A stretch of DNA of 64,000 nucleotides from Gemmatimonadaceae bacterium (GTDB lineage: Bacteria; Gemmatimonadota; Gemmatimonadetes; Gemmatimonadales; Gemmatimonadaceae), in assembly GCA_013361935.1 (NCBI GenBank), contig JABFXC010000054.1, positions 678-64,677 on the forward strand, written 5' to 3'. Each line of letters starts with the position of its first letter. The stretch's first letter is position 1. The translations under genes were made by a program, and so were the position numbers. Shown here piece after piece: positions 62,731-64,000 of this stretch. Below the pieces are notes generated by a model that made no database searches, had not been told where the DNA came from, and worked only from the letters and a program-made list of their open reading frames with translations.

Positions 62731-64000
62731 CTACGCCCTCACCAACTTCTTGTACGCAATCCGATGCGGCTGATCCGCATCCGGTCCCTTCCGCTTCTTC
62801 AGGTCCTCGATGTACGCCTGGAAGTTCCCCTCGAACCAGACGACTTCCGAGTTCCCCTCGAACGCCAGGATGTGCGTCGCGACGCGATCCAGAAACCACC
62901 GATCGTGCGAGATGACGACAGCGCACCCCGCGAAGTCCAACAGCGCCTCTTCAAGAGCACGCAGCGTGTCGACGTCGAGGTCGTTGGTGGGTTCGTCGAG
63001 CATCAGCACGTTCCCGCCTTCCATCAACGTCTTCGCCAGGTGCAGCCTGTTCCGCTCGCCCCCTGACAGGTCGCCCACCTTCTTCTGCTGATCCGTCCCC
63101 CTGAAGTTGAAGGAGCTCAGGTACGCCCGCGAGTTGATCTCCTTCTTCCCCACCATGATCTGCTCCTGCCCTTTGCTGATCTCCTGCCACGCCGTGTTCC
63201 CCGCGTTCAGCGTCCGGTTCTGATCCACGTACGCCAGCTGCACGGTCTCGCCGATCTTCAGATCACCCTCGTCTGCCGTCTCCTTGCCGACGATCATCCG
63301 GAAGAGCGTCGTCTTTCCGGCGCCGTTAGGCCCGATGATCCCGACGATCCCGCCCCGCGGCAGGCTGAACGACAGTCCCTCGAACAGCAGCTTGTCCCCG
63401 AACGCCTTCTTCAGGTTCTTCGCGATCACGACGTCGTTGCCTAACCGCGGCGCTGGGGGGATCACGATCTCGTTCGCGGCGATCTTCTCCTGCTGCGCCT
63501 CGCTCGCCAGCTGCTCGTACTGCTGGATGCGCGCCTTGCTCTTTCCCTGGCGCGCGCGCGGCGACATCCGCACCCACTCGAGCTCGCGGTCCAGCGTCCG
63601 CTGCCTGGCGCTCGCCTGCTTCTCCTCGGTCTGCAGACGCGTCTTCTTCTGCTCCAGCCAGCCGCTGTAGTTCCCCTCGTACGGGATCCCCTTTCCGCGA
63701 TCGAGCTCGAGGATCCACTTCGCGACGTTGTCCAGGAAGTAGCGATCGTGGGTGATCGCCACCACGGTCCCGGGATACGCCTCGAGGTGATGCTCGAGCC
63801 ACGCCACGCTCTCCGCGTCGAGATGGTTCGTCGGCTCGTCGAGGAGCAGCATGTCGGGCTCCTCGAGCAGCACCCGGCAGAGCGCGACGCGGCGCTTCTC
63901 TCCACCCGACAGCTTGCTCACGTCGGCATCGGCCGGCGGCAGGCGCAGGGCGTCCATCGCGATCTCGACCTTGTTGTCGAGGTTCCACAGGTCGTGCTGG
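62731..64000 (-). CDS. ettA: ABC-F ATPase, energy-dependent translational throttle protein EttA; N-terminus beyond the window edge
   Basis: The frame is open to position 64000 ([22 protein letters not shown]...). Two ABC signatures [13 protein letters not shown] and [13 protein letters not shown], second Walker [10 protein letters not shown], and a linker rich in Q/E/K/R. The tracked ORF begins at an internal Met. Confidence 0.85.
   Translation of the reverse strand, partial: QHDLWNLDNKVEIAMDALRLPPADADVSKLSGGEKRRVALCRVLLEEPDMLLLDEPTNHLDAESVAWLEHHLEAYPGTVVAITHDRYFLDNVAKWILELDRGKGIPYEGNYSGWLEQKKTRLQTEEKQASARQRTLDRELEWVRMSPRARQGKSKARIQQYEQLASEAQQEKIAANEIVIPPAPRLGNDVVIAKNLKKAFGDKLLFEGLSFSLPRGGIVGIIGPNGAGKTTLFRMIVGKETADEGDLKIGETVQLAYVDQNRTLNAGNTAWQEISKGQEQIMVGKKEINSRAYLSSFNFRGTDQQKKVGDLSGGERNRLHLAKTLMEGGNVLMLDEPTNDLDVDTLRALEEALLDFAGCAVVISHDRWFLDRVATHILAFEGNSEVVWFEGNFQAYIEDLKKRKGPDADQPHRIAYKKLVRA

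Larger units (their letters stand above)
1844..63331. repeat. Dispersed over-represented octamer GCCTAACG (28 exact copies by hand count)
   Basis: Plus-strand copies start at 2766, 7682, 9139, 14653, ~14917, 14940, 16556, 30198, 32649, 39557, 42451, 45601 and ~57683. Minus-strand copies (read as CGTTAGGC on plus) start at 1844, 5195, 6296, 10356, 12403, 23090, 27401, 35395, 37137, 37724, 40369, 41846, 48078, 53009 and 63324. Near-variants lie at 40825 (CGTTAGGG), ~55521 (GGTTAGGC) and ~63446 (GCCTAACC). Positions inside CDSs were cross-checked against reading frames. Confidence 0.85.

Noticed and set aside
1844-63331. The CGTTAGGC copies contain TTAGGC, the nematode telomere unit. The enrichment could also be a side effect of frequent Leu-Gly and Pro-Asn dipeptides, or a restriction-modification site.
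   Set aside because: The copies are isolated single words, not arrays, so the telomere resemblance is coincidental. Leu-Gly and Pro-Asn are overwhelmingly encoded by GC-rich synonymous codons elsewhere in these genes, so peptide frequency cannot explain a fixed DNA word. R-M target sites are normally avoided, not enriched.
1-64000. tRNA, rRNA, tmRNA, riboswitch, integrase, transposase or IS elements.
   Set aside because: I scanned the AT-richer and intergenic stretches. I saw no T-loop (GGTTCGAATCC-type) or anticodon-arm patterns, no rRNA-like conserved blocks and no DDE, serine or tyrosine recombinase ORFs. Without a covariance-model search, small RNAs cannot be excluded.

Overview
High-GC (roughly 70% by eye) bacterial chromosomal segment from a diderm organism, judged from OM beta-barrel candidates and Tat and lipoprotein signals. 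The taxon cannot be determined from this window; Gemmatimonadota-like is only a guess. I support about 50 CDSs and found no rRNA, tRNA or CRISPR array. In this GC range most long ORFs in the track are Arg/Ala/Gly/Pro-rich antisense shadows, so I kept only frames with protein-like sequence and recognisable motifs.

Layout:
- 1-13.5 kb: a minus-strand, translationally coupled Afp/PVC-like extracellular contractile injection system (eCIS) operon. It has a DUF4255 cap, two sheaths, two tubes, a tube-LysM protein, a gpD-like hub, a gpV spike, gp25, a gp6/J-like baseplate protein and an NHL-repeat baseplate protein.
- 13.5-18 kb: two atypical receiver/LuxR regulators precede the operon on the same strand. 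Upstream of them is a 1008-aa DUF4157 protein with a glycine-zipper tail, a candidate cargo toxin.
- 18-33 kb: housekeeping and accessory genes. These are msrA, a B12-radical SAM enzyme, an S4-pore channel, an ECF sigma factor with DoxX and VOC genes, a nitrilase, an esterase, two Tat-exported ferritin-like proteins, GntR, GAF, PIG-L, a CHASE1 kinase and a TIM-barrel isomerase.
- 33-41 kb: a sugar uptake/salvage-like locus. It is interrupted by a GxxExxY nuclease-like gene flanked by ~42-bp inverted repeats and bracketed by two copies of a ~200-nt palindromic MITE-like or RNA-like element.
- 42-48 kb: a UPF0182 protein, a secreted EEP nuclease and a beta-lactamase-family hydrolase.
- 48.8-53.1 kb: an uncharacterised three-gene operon built around an alpha/beta-hydrolase split by about 11 TM helices.
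- 53.3-57.7 kb: a lower-GC islet carrying a class II Fic gene and an HKD-helicase-DUF3427 gene.
- 57.7-64 kb: a NUDIX hydrolase, an M1 aminopeptidase, a PA/HYR lipoprotein and a partial ettA.

The most unexpected sequence-level signal is the octamer GCCTAACG. It occurs 28 times by hand count on both strands, which forces rare TTA, CCT and AGG codons and supplies several stop codons.
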